Positions 30,077 through 40,047 of a stretch of 64,000 nt of DNA are shown piece by piece; the first letter of the stretch is position 1, and each line of letters starts with the position of its first letter. The stretch is from IMG/VR virus record IMGVR_UViG_3300003873_000004, positions 31,269 to 95,268 of that record. One strand, given 5' to 3'. The translations under genes were made by a program, and so were the position numbers. This DNA is from a virus. The notes under the pieces were generated by a model. That model was not told the DNA's origin and did no database searches. It was given only the letters and a program-made list of their open reading frames with translations.

Positions 30077-31413
30077 ATGACATTAGAAAAACTAAAACAG
30101 CAGGAGCAGGATTTGACATCGAAGATTTCAAGTCTTAATAATGCTCAAATGGCTAGAAAAATCCTTTAATTTTGGAGGCTTTGGTCGGGAACGACCATTG
30201 TACATCGTGTGAATTGCTGGAAAGCTAAGTCGAAAGATATGCCAATCAGCAGCCAAGCCCACATAGGGAAGGTTCAGAGACTATCCGTAAGGAGTAGGAA
30301 TCAAGTGGTTCCGAAGCGCACGACAACCAGAACGGTTGATGATATAGTCCGATCTTGCGCGAAAGCGTAAGCTGCGAAAGCGAGGCAATAGTAACGTCAT
30401 TGTCTGAACATGTGCTAAATTCCTGTTTTGGTGCCCTAGCATCAAAATATTATAGATATAACAATTCATATATTGCTGAGTCCATAACTACGGCGGGACA
30501 AGTTGGTATCCAGTGGACAATGAGAAAAACAAATGAATATTTGAACCTTATTCTAAAAACTGACGATGTGGATTATACCGTCGGGGCAGACACAGATTCC
30601 GAATATGTTGAATTAAATCAGCTAGTTATGAGATATTTCAAAGATAAGCCAAACGCGACAGATCACGACAAAGTTGAATTTCTTGATCTGTTCTGTAAGA
30701 CCCAGCTCGACCCCGCGATTCAAAAGTCTTGTATTGAGATGAAAGATTATATGAACGCAAGATTAAACAAGCTAGATATGGAAAGAGAAGCCATATCTTC
30801 ACGTGGTTTTTTCACCGCGAAAAAACGGTACGCTCTACTGGTACATGACATGGAAGGCGTCCGCTACGCCAAACCAAAACTAAAAATCATGGGATTAGAA
30901 ACTCAGAAATCTTCTACACCAAAACCATGTAGAGATTTGCTAAAAGATATGATCATGGTAATGTTGACCAAAGGGGAAACAGAAACCCAAGAGTTCATCG
31001 AGAATGCCCATGATGATTTTATTGCTCTTGACATTGGTGAATATGCCGTCCCGCGTGGTATCAATGGTCTAGAAAAATATTGTATCGAAAATGGCAAAGC
31101 TATCAATGGTACACCAGCGCACGCTAAAGCAGCTTTAGTTTACAATATGATGATCAAACGAAAGAATTTACCGCTTGACCCAATCAAATCTGGGGACAAG
31201 TTGAAATATGTTCCACTGAAAGAACCAAATCCTTGTGGATTTCCAATTGTTGGATTCCCGTCACATCTAGGATTGCCAAAAGAATTTGGATTAGATGAAT
31301 ATGTGGACGTAGAAACTGTGTATTATAAAGCATTTTTGAAGCCGGCAGAAGCCATGCTTGGTGCTGTCGGATGGAATGTAGAGAAAACATCTAGTCTGGA
31401 GGACTTTTTCTGA
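30077..31413 (+). CDS. 43: DNA polymerase B C-part (43B), spliced 30077-30166 + 30415-31413
   Basis: Own promoter and GGAGG; spliced motif B RKIL|LNSCFGAL; DTDS; KKRY; KIMGLE..KSSTP. Confidence 0.9.
30167..30414 (+). ncRNA. group I intron (248 nt, no ORF)
   Basis: P AATTGCTGGAAA, Q AATCAGCAG, R TTCAGAGACTA, S GATATAGTCC; exon ends in U pairing with GAGG; terminal G; removal restores the frame. Confidence 0.93.
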
Positions 31414-31637
31414 TGAAAGAAGTCGATTACTCAAAAGAAGTAGCCAAAATTAACAGTAATTTGAAGATTCTGTCGATGACAAATCATTTTGCTGATCGAT
31501 ATGTGCATATGGTTCAGAGTGGATATGATAGAGCAGATACCGCCGAAGCCATTTTAACAATGGTAATTGACACGCTGGATGAACTTGAAGAAGAAAATTT
31601 GAAATATGAACAAGAATCTAAGTTTGGTTGGGATTAA
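31413..31637 (+). CDS. hypothetical protein
   Basis: TGATG overlap with 43B. Confidence 0.65.
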   Translation: MKEVDYSKEVAKINSNLKILSMTNHFADRYVHMVQSGYDRADTAEAILTMVIDTLDELEEENLKYEQESKFGWD

Positions 31638-31699
31638 CACTTGACAAGAGCAAAGAAATAGTTTAGACTTATTGTATTGAAAGAGAAATTGAGGATATT

Positions 31700-32008
31700 A
31701 TGAAAATTTATAGATCAATGTGTACAGAAGAATTCGAAAGAACAATTAGAAATCAGACTTTCGACTTCTCTAAATCCCGATTCAAGTGGTTCACACCAAA
31801 CTTAGATTATCAATCTAGAGTTCGAGATGGGAGTTTCAACAATTCAAATATTAAATCTGAACGATATGAACATTTGATCGAATTTGAAATTGATGATTCC
31901 AAATCAAAATGGTTTTTTAAAATTGGCCGCCGTGAATTGTTGCTGGACAGAAGGACAGCCAACCAAGTTCCGGTCAAAAATATACAAGTAATATTGAAGG
32001 AGATTTAG
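31700..32008 (+). CDS. hypothetical protein
   Basis: Promoter cassette and SD. Confidence 0.7.
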   Translation: MKIYRSMCTEEFERTIRNQTFDFSKSRFKWFTPNLDYQSRVRDGSFNNSNIKSERYEHLIEFEIDDSKSKWFFKIGRRELLLDRRTANQVPVKNIQVILKEI

Positions 32009-32180
32009 TTATGAACATATCACTAACGGAAGAAGAACGAAAAACATTGGCTCATTTACTGTTCTACATTGAAAAGGACGCGGTTTACGATTCTCTTCAA
32101 TATGATACCGATGAAGGAAAAGAAAGATCGATAGAAGTAATTGGTCGGATTTATGACAAATTGTATATTAGGAGCCCGCT

Positions 32181-32435
32181 ATGACATCGTGGTACGCTTT
32201 ACTAAAAGAAAAAGATGACAGTTTTGAACACTCTCATATGACAATAGTATTGTACGAAGGAAAAGAATACGTTAGGTTCGCTTCATATGGCAACGCCTTG
32301 TACAATACCGCTCTGAGTGTAGCCCGCGCTAACCGAGCCACTTTGTTGAAAGTTACTTGTGAGGACGAAGACGTGTTCGATTTCTTATCTGGCACATTTG
32401 TCGAAATTTTACTAGGGGCCGAATATGAACACTAA
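32181..32435 (+). CDS. hypothetical protein
   Basis: AGGAG SD. Confidence 0.6.
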   Translation: MTSWYALLKEKDDSFEHSHMTIVLYEGKEYVRFASYGNALYNTALSVARANRATLLKVTCEDEDVFDFLSGTFVEILLGAEYEH

Positions 32436-32886
32436 AGAAATATTTCTAAACGCGTTAGCCGATATTAACAAAGATGGGCTACCTTTCAGCGTACAGATTC
32501 ATTGTGTTGTAAACGAAGCAATGGAAATTCCAGAAGCAGTCAGAGCGCAGAATCCAAATCAGATCATGTTTCGACTTTCTTCTGATTTGTCGCCAAACAT
32601 ATTCTATGATTTCGATAGCCGAACATTTTCGTTTGATTGTACTTTCAGTCATAATCCTACACGAGTTTATATGAATCTTGATAATATTGCTGGAGTTGTA
32701 GACGATCTGGATAATTCTACAATGATGTTTGGCAGCATGCAAGAGCAAGTTCCGACTCAGGTTAGACCAGCACCAGCCCCACAAGCGCCAAAAGTAGAAC
32801 GCAAAGTAGAACGTGTGAAAAGTGTTCCGAAACCGCAAGCATTATTTACTAAGAAACATTTGTCGTTGGTTGTAGATAATACATGA
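32425..32886 (+). CDS. SspB-like ClpXP adaptor
   Basis: SspB-like core (I.F.L...FSF..TFS..P..VY.....I.GV), Pro-rich linker, C-terminal HLSLVV resembling the ClpX-binding LRVVK. Confidence 0.6.
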   Translation: MNTKEIFLNALADINKDGLPFSVQIHCVVNEAMEIPEAVRAQNPNQIMFRLSSDLSPNIFYDFDSRTFSFDCTFSHNPTRVYMNLDNIAGVVDDLDNSTMMFGSMQEQVPTQVRPAPAPQAPKVERKVERVKSVPKPQALFTKKHLSLVVDNT

Positions 32887-33084
32887 TCACTCGAGTTGAT
32901 ATGAAAGTAGATGGAAAGGTTCATTCTCTCCAGAAGCCCAATCGGCATCATAACTATTATATTCTAAGAACAAAAGGCTCAAGGATTTCTAGACGAAGAA
33001 TGGAATATTCTCACTCTGAAGATTTGTGGTGAAATATCTCCAAGCTAAATAGTTGTAACAATTTTGTTTAGCATGGAGTTCTAA

Positions 33085-33333
33085 ATGCCACCAGTTTTAT
33101 ATAATCATACATCAGGCTCAATCGAAAATGGAGTTCCCGTAGTTCCAAACGATTTGACACTTTTACCAAAATTTCGAGGTCTGTACGTTGGCGTCACCGG
33201 CAATATCGTAATACAGCATGTCTCTGGCGTCAGCGTAACATATATGGCGGTTCCTGTTGGCTTGTTACCCGTCGCTGGGTATCGAGTAATGGCAACCGGA
33301 ACTACTGCCGCCAGCCTTGTCGCTCTGTATTAA
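33085..33333 (+). CDS. head spike base protein (Rcc01079-like)
   Basis: PND...RGLYVG..GNI...LPV...RV.ATGTTA..LVALY; CTAAATA at 33045. Confidence 0.72.
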   Translation: MPPVLYNHTSGSIENGVPVVPNDLTLLPKFRGLYVGVTGNIVIQHVSGVSVTYMAVPVGLLPVAGYRVMATGTTAASLVALY

Positions 33334-33336
33334 TTC

Positions 33337-35241
33337 ATGTTTGGACTTGGATTAAGTTTCACTGGATTAACATTATTGAAAGGTGGGTGTTCGTGTGTAT
33401 TCCGCCACAACTTCCTCACCATGTCCGACACCCACGGCAACGTAGCTGGCACAGCATTGCGGCAGTTTGGGGCGAATGTTGTGGACTACACAGGGCAGCT
33501 AATTGCTGTTCCTGCTGATACGCAGCGGGTTACTGGTGGGCATTTTGTTGAGAATCTTGTGCCGTTTAGTGAGGATTGGACTAATGCGTACTGGACTACC
33601 TATACATCAGGTGGCGGAACCATAACAGTTAGTGCCGATAAGAAGTCGATAACCTTTGACGCTCCAGTTGGTGCAAGGGCGTTTATAAATCTTAGTCCTG
33701 GTATCTCCGGCGATGTAATGCTACAAGTTAGTCAGGTGAAAAACTCTAGTGGAGTTGTCCATAATGCGACATTGTATATGGGCTCGGTTCATGTAGCGAC
33801 CGCTGATGTGACAGGCGTGGTGGCGTTTAGGGCCGACCCGTTAGGTGGACAGATTAGGTTTGGACTAGGCTGCAATGGTGTTGATACCATAGCACATAAC
33901 ATGTCTATGACATTACCGTCCTTGGTTAACGTCACAGGCAAACCCGCCTCCTACGTCCCGCCATACGTTCCCCGCTTAACAGCAGCACCAGCATCACAGT
34001 GGTTCGATAACACATCATCCCTAACCGTTGACCCTGTTACGCATATTGTAACAGACACGGGAGTATCACAGCCTCTTCACCCATCCCGCACCTACCTCGG
34101 CGAAAAGTTGTACCTATCCGTAGTGAAGTACACCACGGCTACAGTTGTTCCAGTTGGCGGCTCTATGTATGACGCTGGGCGTTGGTACACCTCGGCTAAC
34201 GGTGGCACTACAAGCGGTGTTTCATTGTTAGCTGATACTGGTGTGACTGATTGGGTGGATAATGGGCTTTACAACCCTGAGTTTGGGCATCTGCTGGAGA
34301 GGCAGAGTACGAATAGGCATCCATCACCACAAGACCAGTCGGCACTAACTGGATGGACAGCAGGCACAACAGTAATAGCCAATAATGTGAATCTCACCAG
34401 TGCTGGTGCTTATCACTATGGGGAAATAAACGGCTTAACTATCGGAACATCTTATACTGGAAAGATACGTATGAGGTCACTCGATGGTAAGGCACAGGTG
34501 GGTCTGTCATTCTATAATGGTGCTACCTACCAGGCTCTTAAATGTATGCTCACAACAGCCTATCAAGACTTTGAAATACCAAATGTAACCATAGCAGGGG
34601 CACCTGTTATTTTTGGGCTTGATAACCGTGCCGCTGCACCGCAACAAGGCGATGGGACTACAACAGGGACAATAGATGTGGAGTTTGCACAGGTTGAATC
34701 TGGCTCAACATCCACGTCATTCATCAACGGCACCCGCTACGAAGAAGGCGGCATGGTGGCATATCCTACAGCCGCCCCTGCCTTCGCTGGCAAGGGCTTC
34801 CCTCAAGCGGCTGGTACGCTGTTAGCTAGTATGGTGGCGCAGCATGATTTGAGTGCACATGGGAATACAAATGATGCACTTATTACTACTGATACGAATT
34901 GGGATGCTATTCTTGGACAAGGGTGGACTCAGGGTATCTTCTCAAGTGATTCAAGAACAAACAACTCGCTATGGATGTCTACCCCATACCTACGCGGCGA
35001 GACAGTAGAATTTACAACACAGTGGGATGACAGCGTTCCTCAGTTCCGCGTTGGCTATCGTATTGCCGACAGGGGCATGGCTTGGACGTACAGCGTATAT
35101 CAACCATATGATGGTGCTTTCACCGATACTGGCTTCTTCAAGGCTCTAGCCGCCGGCACGCTTGGCTGGGCTATCCGCAACTGGATTGTATGGGACAGAC
35201 AGCTAACCGATGCCGAAATGGCAGGAGTGATAACAAAGTGA
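33337..35241 (+). CDS. head spike/fibre protein with beta-rich domains
   Basis: MFGLGLS start after the spike base gene; Thr/Gly rich; HLLERQSTN; elevated GC. Confidence 0.65.
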   Translation: MFGLGLSFTGLTLLKGGCSCVFRHNFLTMSDTHGNVAGTALRQFGANVVDYTGQLIAVPADTQRVTGGHFVENLVPFSEDWTNAYWTTYTSGGGTITVSADKKSITFDAPVGARAFINLSPGISGDVMLQVSQVKNSSGVVHNATLYMGSVHVATADVTGVVAFRADPLGGQIRFGLGCNGVDTIAHNMSMTLPSLVNVTGKPASYVPPYVPRLTAAPASQWFDNTSSLTVDPVTHIVTDTGVSQPLHPSRTYLGEKLYLSVVKYTTATVVPVGGSMYDAGRWYTSANGGTTSGVSLLADTGVTDWVDNGLYNPEFGHLLERQSTNRHPSPQDQSALTGWTAGTTVIANNVNLTSAGAYHYGEINGLTIGTSYTGKIRMRSLDGKAQVGLSFYNGATYQALKCMLTTAYQDFEIPNVTIAGAPVIFGLDNRAAAPQQGDGTTTGTIDVEFAQVESGSTSTSFINGTRYEEGGMVAYPTAAPAFAGKGFPQAAGTLLASMVAQHDLSAHGNTNDALITTDTNWDAILGQGWTQGIFSSDSRTNNSLWMSTPYLRGETVEFTTQWDDSVPQFRVGYRIADRGMAWTYSVYQPYDGAFTDTGFFKALAAGTLGWAIRNWIVWDRQLTDAEMAGVITK

Positions 35242-35708
35242 ATATCCTACTCGTAATATCAGCACCAAACACACTAAGCCTTGCCCTGCCACCGGCAGAC
35301 AAGAATGGAAAGACTACTGCTACACCAGCGCAGATAGCCATACATGACGACTTGATGAGCATAGACGCCCAGTGGACATTGTGTGGTGCTACTGCTACCC
35401 GTAACATGTTCGTTGTCGGTACGAGATCACAGACGCTAGCGGAAGCGGAAGCACTGATAGCCAAGCATCATCTTCCGTTGCGTATACTACATGCTCAGGA
35501 TGCGTTCAGCGTTACCGCGCCAGACCCAGCTGATGCCACCAAGACGATCACTACAACGACAGTACATAAGCAAGGCGTACATTCAACACTGCTCGGCTAC
35601 ATGCCAGCCGTTGTAACGTATAACCCTGATGGCACAGTGAAGACGACAGCTAAAGCTACAGCCGTAACATTGCCAAGCGCACAGGGGCAAGCACCATGGC
35701 ACGTCTAA
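35238..35708 (+). CDS. hypothetical protein of the GC-rich island
   Basis: GTG start overlapping the fibre stop codon. Confidence 0.6.
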   Translation: MNILLVISAPNTLSLALPPADKNGKTTATPAQIAIHDDLMSIDAQWTLCGATATRNMFVVGTRSQTLAEAEALIAKHHLPLRILHAQDAFSVTAPDPADATKTITTTTVHKQGVHSTLLGYMPAVVTYNPDGTVKTTAKATAVTLPSAQGQAPWHV

Positions 35709-35830
35709 TAGCAGTAATAATTATAGCCTTCTTATGCGGGTGCCATCACCCCACGCCGTTTCAAACTGGTGTAGAGAAACCATCTCCCCACGGTTGTATT
35801 GAAGGCCGAAGTAGAGGAGTAGATTGCTAA
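35696..35830 (+). CDS. small lipoprotein
   Basis: MARLIAVIIIAFLCGC lipobox, 44 aa (manual translation). Confidence 0.6.
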   Translation: MARLIAVIIIAFLCGCHHPTPFQTGVEKPSPHGCIEGRSRGVDC

Positions 35831-36207
35831 TGACGTTATGGAATAGACTAAACGAAATACAGGCAGATGTGCTGGGTAGATTCACTTATGTTTGTGACTG
35901 TGACAATCCACTAGAATTTAATCGAGTTGAATACTGGCAGGACGTCGAGCATCTAAATGGTGCTATACATGGTGACTGTGAGGATTTTGCTCTGGCCTGT
36001 CGTAAACTGTGTAGAGAAAAGAAAATTAGTACTCGTCTAGTCTATTGTTATACAGAGAAAAATGCCGGCCACTTAGTGTTGGAATCTGATGGTTGGATAT
36101 TAGATTGTCGGCAGAAAGAACCTGTAGCGAGGGACGATCTTCCATACAAGTGGGTTAGAATCTCTGGATATGAAACCGGCGACCCTTGGCACGAAATAAA
36201 GGAGTAA
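35830..36207 (+). CDS. transglutaminase-like cysteine peptidase (BTLCP-like)
   Basis: EYW...GDCEDFA...GHLVL...WILD. Confidence 0.8.
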   Translation: MTLWNRLNEIQADVLGRFTYVCDCDNPLEFNRVEYWQDVEHLNGAIHGDCEDFALACRKLCREKKISTRLVYCYTEKNAGHLVLESDGWILDCRQKEPVARDDLPYKWVRISGYETGDPWHEIKE

Positions 36208-36212
36208 TTCAA

Positions 36213-36593
36213 ATGAGCAGTTTCACAACACCACTGATAGTCAAGATTCACGTCAAAAATCCACAAGAACGGGAAATATATGTTCCGTTCACCTATGTTA
36301 CAAACGACGGAAGAACAATTACAGCACCAAAGGGGTTCTTCACTAATTTCGCTTCTACTCCAAAGTTTTTGTGGGAATTTTTGCCGCCGTTAGATCATTA
36401 TGGTAAAGCAGCAGTTATTCATGATTATCTATATCGAACTCCTGGACTCGGCTATACTAAAGCGGAGTCCGATCTAATTCTAAAAGAAGCATGCGAAAAT
36501 CTTGGTGTGAAGAAATGGAAGATCGACGCGCTATATTACGCGGTGAAATTGTTTGGATTTCACGCATGGAACAAACAGAGGAAATTCAAATGA
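36213..36593 (+). CDS. DUF1353-like protein
   Basis: PKGF.T.FAS.P...AAVIHDYLY...AV..FG. Confidence 0.8.
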   Translation: MSSFTTPLIVKIHVKNPQEREIYVPFTYVTNDGRTITAPKGFFTNFASTPKFLWEFLPPLDHYGKAAVIHDYLYRTPGLGYTKAESDLILKEACENLGVKKWKIDALYYAVKLFGFHAWNKQRKFK

Positions 36594-37006
36594 CTAAAAT
36601 AGAAAAACTGTTAGAAAAACATGAAGGCCGTCGTAATATGGCATACAAAGACAGCAAAGGCATCTGGACAATTGGTATTGGTCATAATCTCGAAGCGAAT
36701 TCTATTCCCGATGAAGCGGTCAGCATTATTTTTGCCGCAGACAAAGCTAATGTAGATTCGGATATTTCAAATAGCTTTCCTTGGTATTCTTCGTTAGACG
36801 AAGTTCGTCAAGGCGTAGTTGTAGATGTTGTTTTCAACATGGGGTTGCCTCGTTTCAAGGGATTTAAGAATACTATTCGATATATCAAGCAAGGAGATTA
36901 TGATAAAGCGGCAGACGAATTATTAGACAGTGATGCTGCACGCGATCTACCAAAAAGATATAATGAATTATCCGAAATGATGCGTACTGGAGAATGGCAA
37001 TTTTAG
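36590..37006 (+). CDS. T4-type lysozyme (GH24)
   Basis: HEG...YKDSKGIWTIGIGH...FNMG...AADELLDS. Confidence 0.9.
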   Translation: MTKIEKLLEKHEGRRNMAYKDSKGIWTIGIGHNLEANSIPDEAVSIIFAADKANVDSDISNSFPWYSSLDEVRQGVVVDVVFNMGLPRFKGFKNTIRYIKQGDYDKAADELLDSDAARDLPKRYNELSEMMRTGEWQF

Positions 37007-37419
37007 TGCTTGACAAACGCGTAGAATAAGTTTAGTATTATCGTATTGAGAGAAGTTAAGGAGATTATATCATGAATTTCAAAGAGAAGATGGCTGAACA
37101 GACCAAACAAATCAAAGAGTTTTGGGCCAAGCATACAGAGTTCACTATTGACGAAGCAGCAGCCATTTGGATTATTGAAAATGCCGAAACCTTTTCAAAG
37201 GAGAACGCATGATCATTCCAATCAAAAATGAACTACTAATCGCAGCAACAAAGAAAGAATCAAAAATCAACGAATATGTTGTGGGCGGATTTGCTCTGAT
37301 GTTTGCGTCAGCTATGATTGTTCTTGCTTTCATTGGATGGATTAGCTAAACATTTGCTTGACAAGAGCATAAAATAAGTTTAGTATTATCGTATTGAGAG
37401 AAGTTAAGGAGAAATAATT

Positions 37420-37815
37420 ATGAGAACACCAAATTTATTTAACATCAAGAAGTACGTTTCCAACAACTGTTATAGTCTTTTGTCGTATAGTTCTTCGTTC
37501 AAGGCTAATATTCTTAGTGGAATGTTTGATTTTGAAAAGGAAGATGCGCCCATATGGGCCGGCCCTTGGGGAGAGACTGGCGTTATCATGTTGCTTGATG
37601 ACGAAACCAACTCAAATGATCTAGAAGACGGTTACGAATCAGAAGGATACGCATCAATGGCAATGCCATATAGGATTTATCTGGCTGGTACCGATGATGT
37701 TTCATACTCAAAGGTATTTGCTACAATTGAAGATATGTATGACTGTGCTTGCTCGTTAGTAGAAACACCAACGCAGAAGCATATGTCAGAACTTGGTTTT
37801 GTGTTTACTAATTAA
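37420..37815 (+). CDS. hypothetical protein
   Basis: Promoter cassette and SD. Confidence 0.7.
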   Translation: MRTPNLFNIKKYVSNNCYSLLSYSSSFKANILSGMFDFEKEDAPIWAGPWGETGVIMLLDDETNSNDLEDGYESEGYASMAMPYRIYLAGTDDVSYSKVFATIEDMYDCACSLVETPTQKHMSELGFVFTN

Positions 37816-38240
37816 AAGGAGATTTCATTATGACGGAACTTGAAGAATTAGAACGCTTGTTGGAAACGGAACAGATGAAGGTTGAACCTGATCTTGATTT
37901 GATTAGGGAATTAGAACAGGAAATCGATGAGGCGCAAAATGACTGTTTCTGAACTCATAGAAAAACTAAATACTTATCTACCCAGCGATGAAGTTGTCGT
38001 TTTTGCTTCGGGTGATATGTACAAGCCTGAAGAAGTAGTTAGATTCGATACATCTGTTGTAGAAATTGGATGTGGATGGGCTACAATAGAAGATTAGTTT
38101 AGAGTGATTCCTTAGTCGGGAATTACAGTAAGCGGAGCAGACCAGAAACAATCATTGCTCGCGGCGCAGGGAACTAGGCATGCTTCGGTTGTTGAATGTC
38201 AGTGAAGTTTCAATCGGTGGGGATTGAAATACCAATTTAT

Positions 38241-38598
38241 GGGGGTGACTTAGATTCGACCGAGATCAAGATGTTTTAGTAAGCACACAGGAATAGATGG
38301 CGCCTTAATGCCAACAAAGCTCTTAACTGCAGCGAACGCCTCAAATATTTTGCGGGCAGCCGCTTAATCATTTCTGATAGTAATGCCAGTCGTGCTATCT
38401 CATGAAATGTCAAATTTAGACTGGCTAAGTTGATGACGTTTTTTCAAGTCATCGAACGAAAAACATAGAAATGATACGCCATGATCGATTTTGATATATT
38501 TCAGATTGTGGTCAAAGGTTATAAAATATGTCTAAGTGTGTAGAAAGCTTTAATTGACGATGCTCGATACAGGGGTGCAAATCCCCTCACCTTCACCA
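38241..38598 (+). ncRNA. ssrA: tmRNA, tag (A)AANASNILRAAA at 38329-38367
   Basis: 5' GGGGGTGAC..GATTCGAC; 3' AGGGGTGCAAATCCCCTCACCTTCACCA; TAACT before GCA resume codon; tag ends AAA-stop. Confidence 0.9.
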
Positions 38599-38638
38599 TT
38601 ATGGGGTTCTTAGAACCCCACCAGAACATAGGAGAAAT

Positions 38639-39187
38639 ATGAAGTCGTTTAATGAATCGTCGTTGTCCAGAGTATGGCAGCATTTCAAAAACGATGATCG
38701 AACTGTCGTTGTTCTAACTTCGTCAAGAGAAGGCATGCTTGACACTGATGTGATCAAAGGAAACAAATATATCGCCGCCAAATTACAAAATGCTGGATTT
38801 GGGTACTTCTTTGTTGAAGGTCATTTCATCGAAAATAAAGGAGATTCAGACGAAGCGAAGGCGAAAGAAGAATCCATTTTTGCCATTGCCGAAAGGGAGA
38901 AATCAAACAAGTTGATTTCTCTAGCGCATGCTTTAGCAAATAGATACAACCAAGACGCTATCATTGTGAAGGAAGGCAAAGGAGACAGTTCCATTTCATA
39001 CTTTTTGAACAAAGATAACACAAAAACGGCACTGAAAGGTAAATTGAGTCCAGGCAAGATTGGTGACTATTATACACGGCTTCATAACAATAAGAAAGCC
39101 AACACTTTTGTTTTTGAATCTGTAAAGCATACAAAAAGTTGGATAGGAAAGGCCGAAGAGTTCACACGAATGAGCAGCGTCACCTAG
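38639..39187 (+). CDS. SAM lyase (T3 SAMase)-like protein with capsid-targeting-like N-terminus
   Basis: VLTSSR...N...L...EGHFIE...EES...LANRYNQDAII. Confidence 0.6.
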   Translation: MKSFNESSLSRVWQHFKNDDRTVVVLTSSREGMLDTDVIKGNKYIAAKLQNAGFGYFFVEGHFIENKGDSDEAKAKEESIFAIAEREKSNKLISLAHALANRYNQDAIIVKEGKGDSSISYFLNKDNTKTALKGKLSPGKIGDYYTRLHNNKKANTFVFESVKHTKSWIGKAEEFTRMSSVT

Positions 39188-39456
39188 AAGTTTGTGAAAG
39201 CGTAAGAATGTAAACTTGTGGTTTACAAAATTGCGAATTGCCAGCGAATAACTACGCGTAGATGAAGAAACGTAAACTAACACATATTTTGAACAGTAAC
39301 AAACAAAATGTTAGAGTGCGAAACAAAGTGCTTGACAAGATCAAAGAAATAGTTTAGACTTATTGTATTGAAAGGGTGAAAATTGTTCAGGTGAACAGGC
39401 GTGCCCGCTGATGGTGGTTCGATTCCTCAAGTACACTCATTTCAGACGAAGGAAGT

Positions 39457-39772
39457 AGTGACGGTAATCGCAAAGTGTGCGGACTGAACGGAACTTCGGT
39501 AGTGAATGTGTCACAAAAGCAAGGGCTGCTCGATGGCCAAATCGAGCGAATAAAGCACGGTAAAATCCCGTATTGGTCGCAGTTTTGTTGATTCTCCCGA
39601 TACGCTTGGACAACAGTTTATCCCATAGTTGTTCAGCGAACCAGATCGACTGCTTAGGTGCAGTGCAAAAGTCAATCTCAGTCCGCACATCGAGAGGTTG
39701 ATTGGAGTTGAGATGTGCCCTATCCCGTCAGGTTATGGGAATGATGGTTCGATGTGGGGTCAAACTGTCATT
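39457..39772 (+). ncRNA. unidentified structured RNA (~315 nt)
   Basis: Closing helix 39457-65/39764-72; 12-bp helix 39476-87/39678-89; several inner hairpins; promoter at 39332. Confidence 0.65.
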
Positions 39773-39850
39773 AGCGTCTGTAGTTTAATTAGAGGACAAA
39801 ACACTTGCCATGAGGTTAGAGATTTGGGTTCGAATCCCGGCATGACGCTG
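39773..39850 (+). tRNA. degenerate tRNA-like element
   Basis: AGCGTC/GACGCT acceptor, TAGTTTAA D-arm start, GGTTCGAATCC; irregular anticodon arm. Confidence 0.5.
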
Positions 39851-40047
39851 ATTATTAAATGAAAACAACGATTATTAGGAGAATAACTAATGTCACAAAA
39901 AGAATACATCGCATGGTTAGAACAGGAATTGTCTAGGTATATTGTTGGTTCTTCTGATACGATGGAAGAAATCGTAGAGAAAATAGATCATGTTCTAGAG
40001 ACGCGAAACGACTTCTTAGAGAACGAAAACTTTGAAGAGGAGTGGTA

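Noticed and set aside
30355-30414. ORF-track start of the polymerase C-part (also 29948-30076)
   Set aside because: 30355-30414 is intron and 29948-30076 is promoter region; the true start is ATG 30077
32883-33032. Intact small gene
   Set aside because: RHH, QGFLD and SEDLW motifs fall in different frames; likely a decayed remnant
39457-39772. RNase P RNA or group I intron
   Set aside because: Only GCACGGTAAA resembles RNase P; GAGGAAAGTCC, the 3' P4 strand and P/Q/R/S elements are not visible
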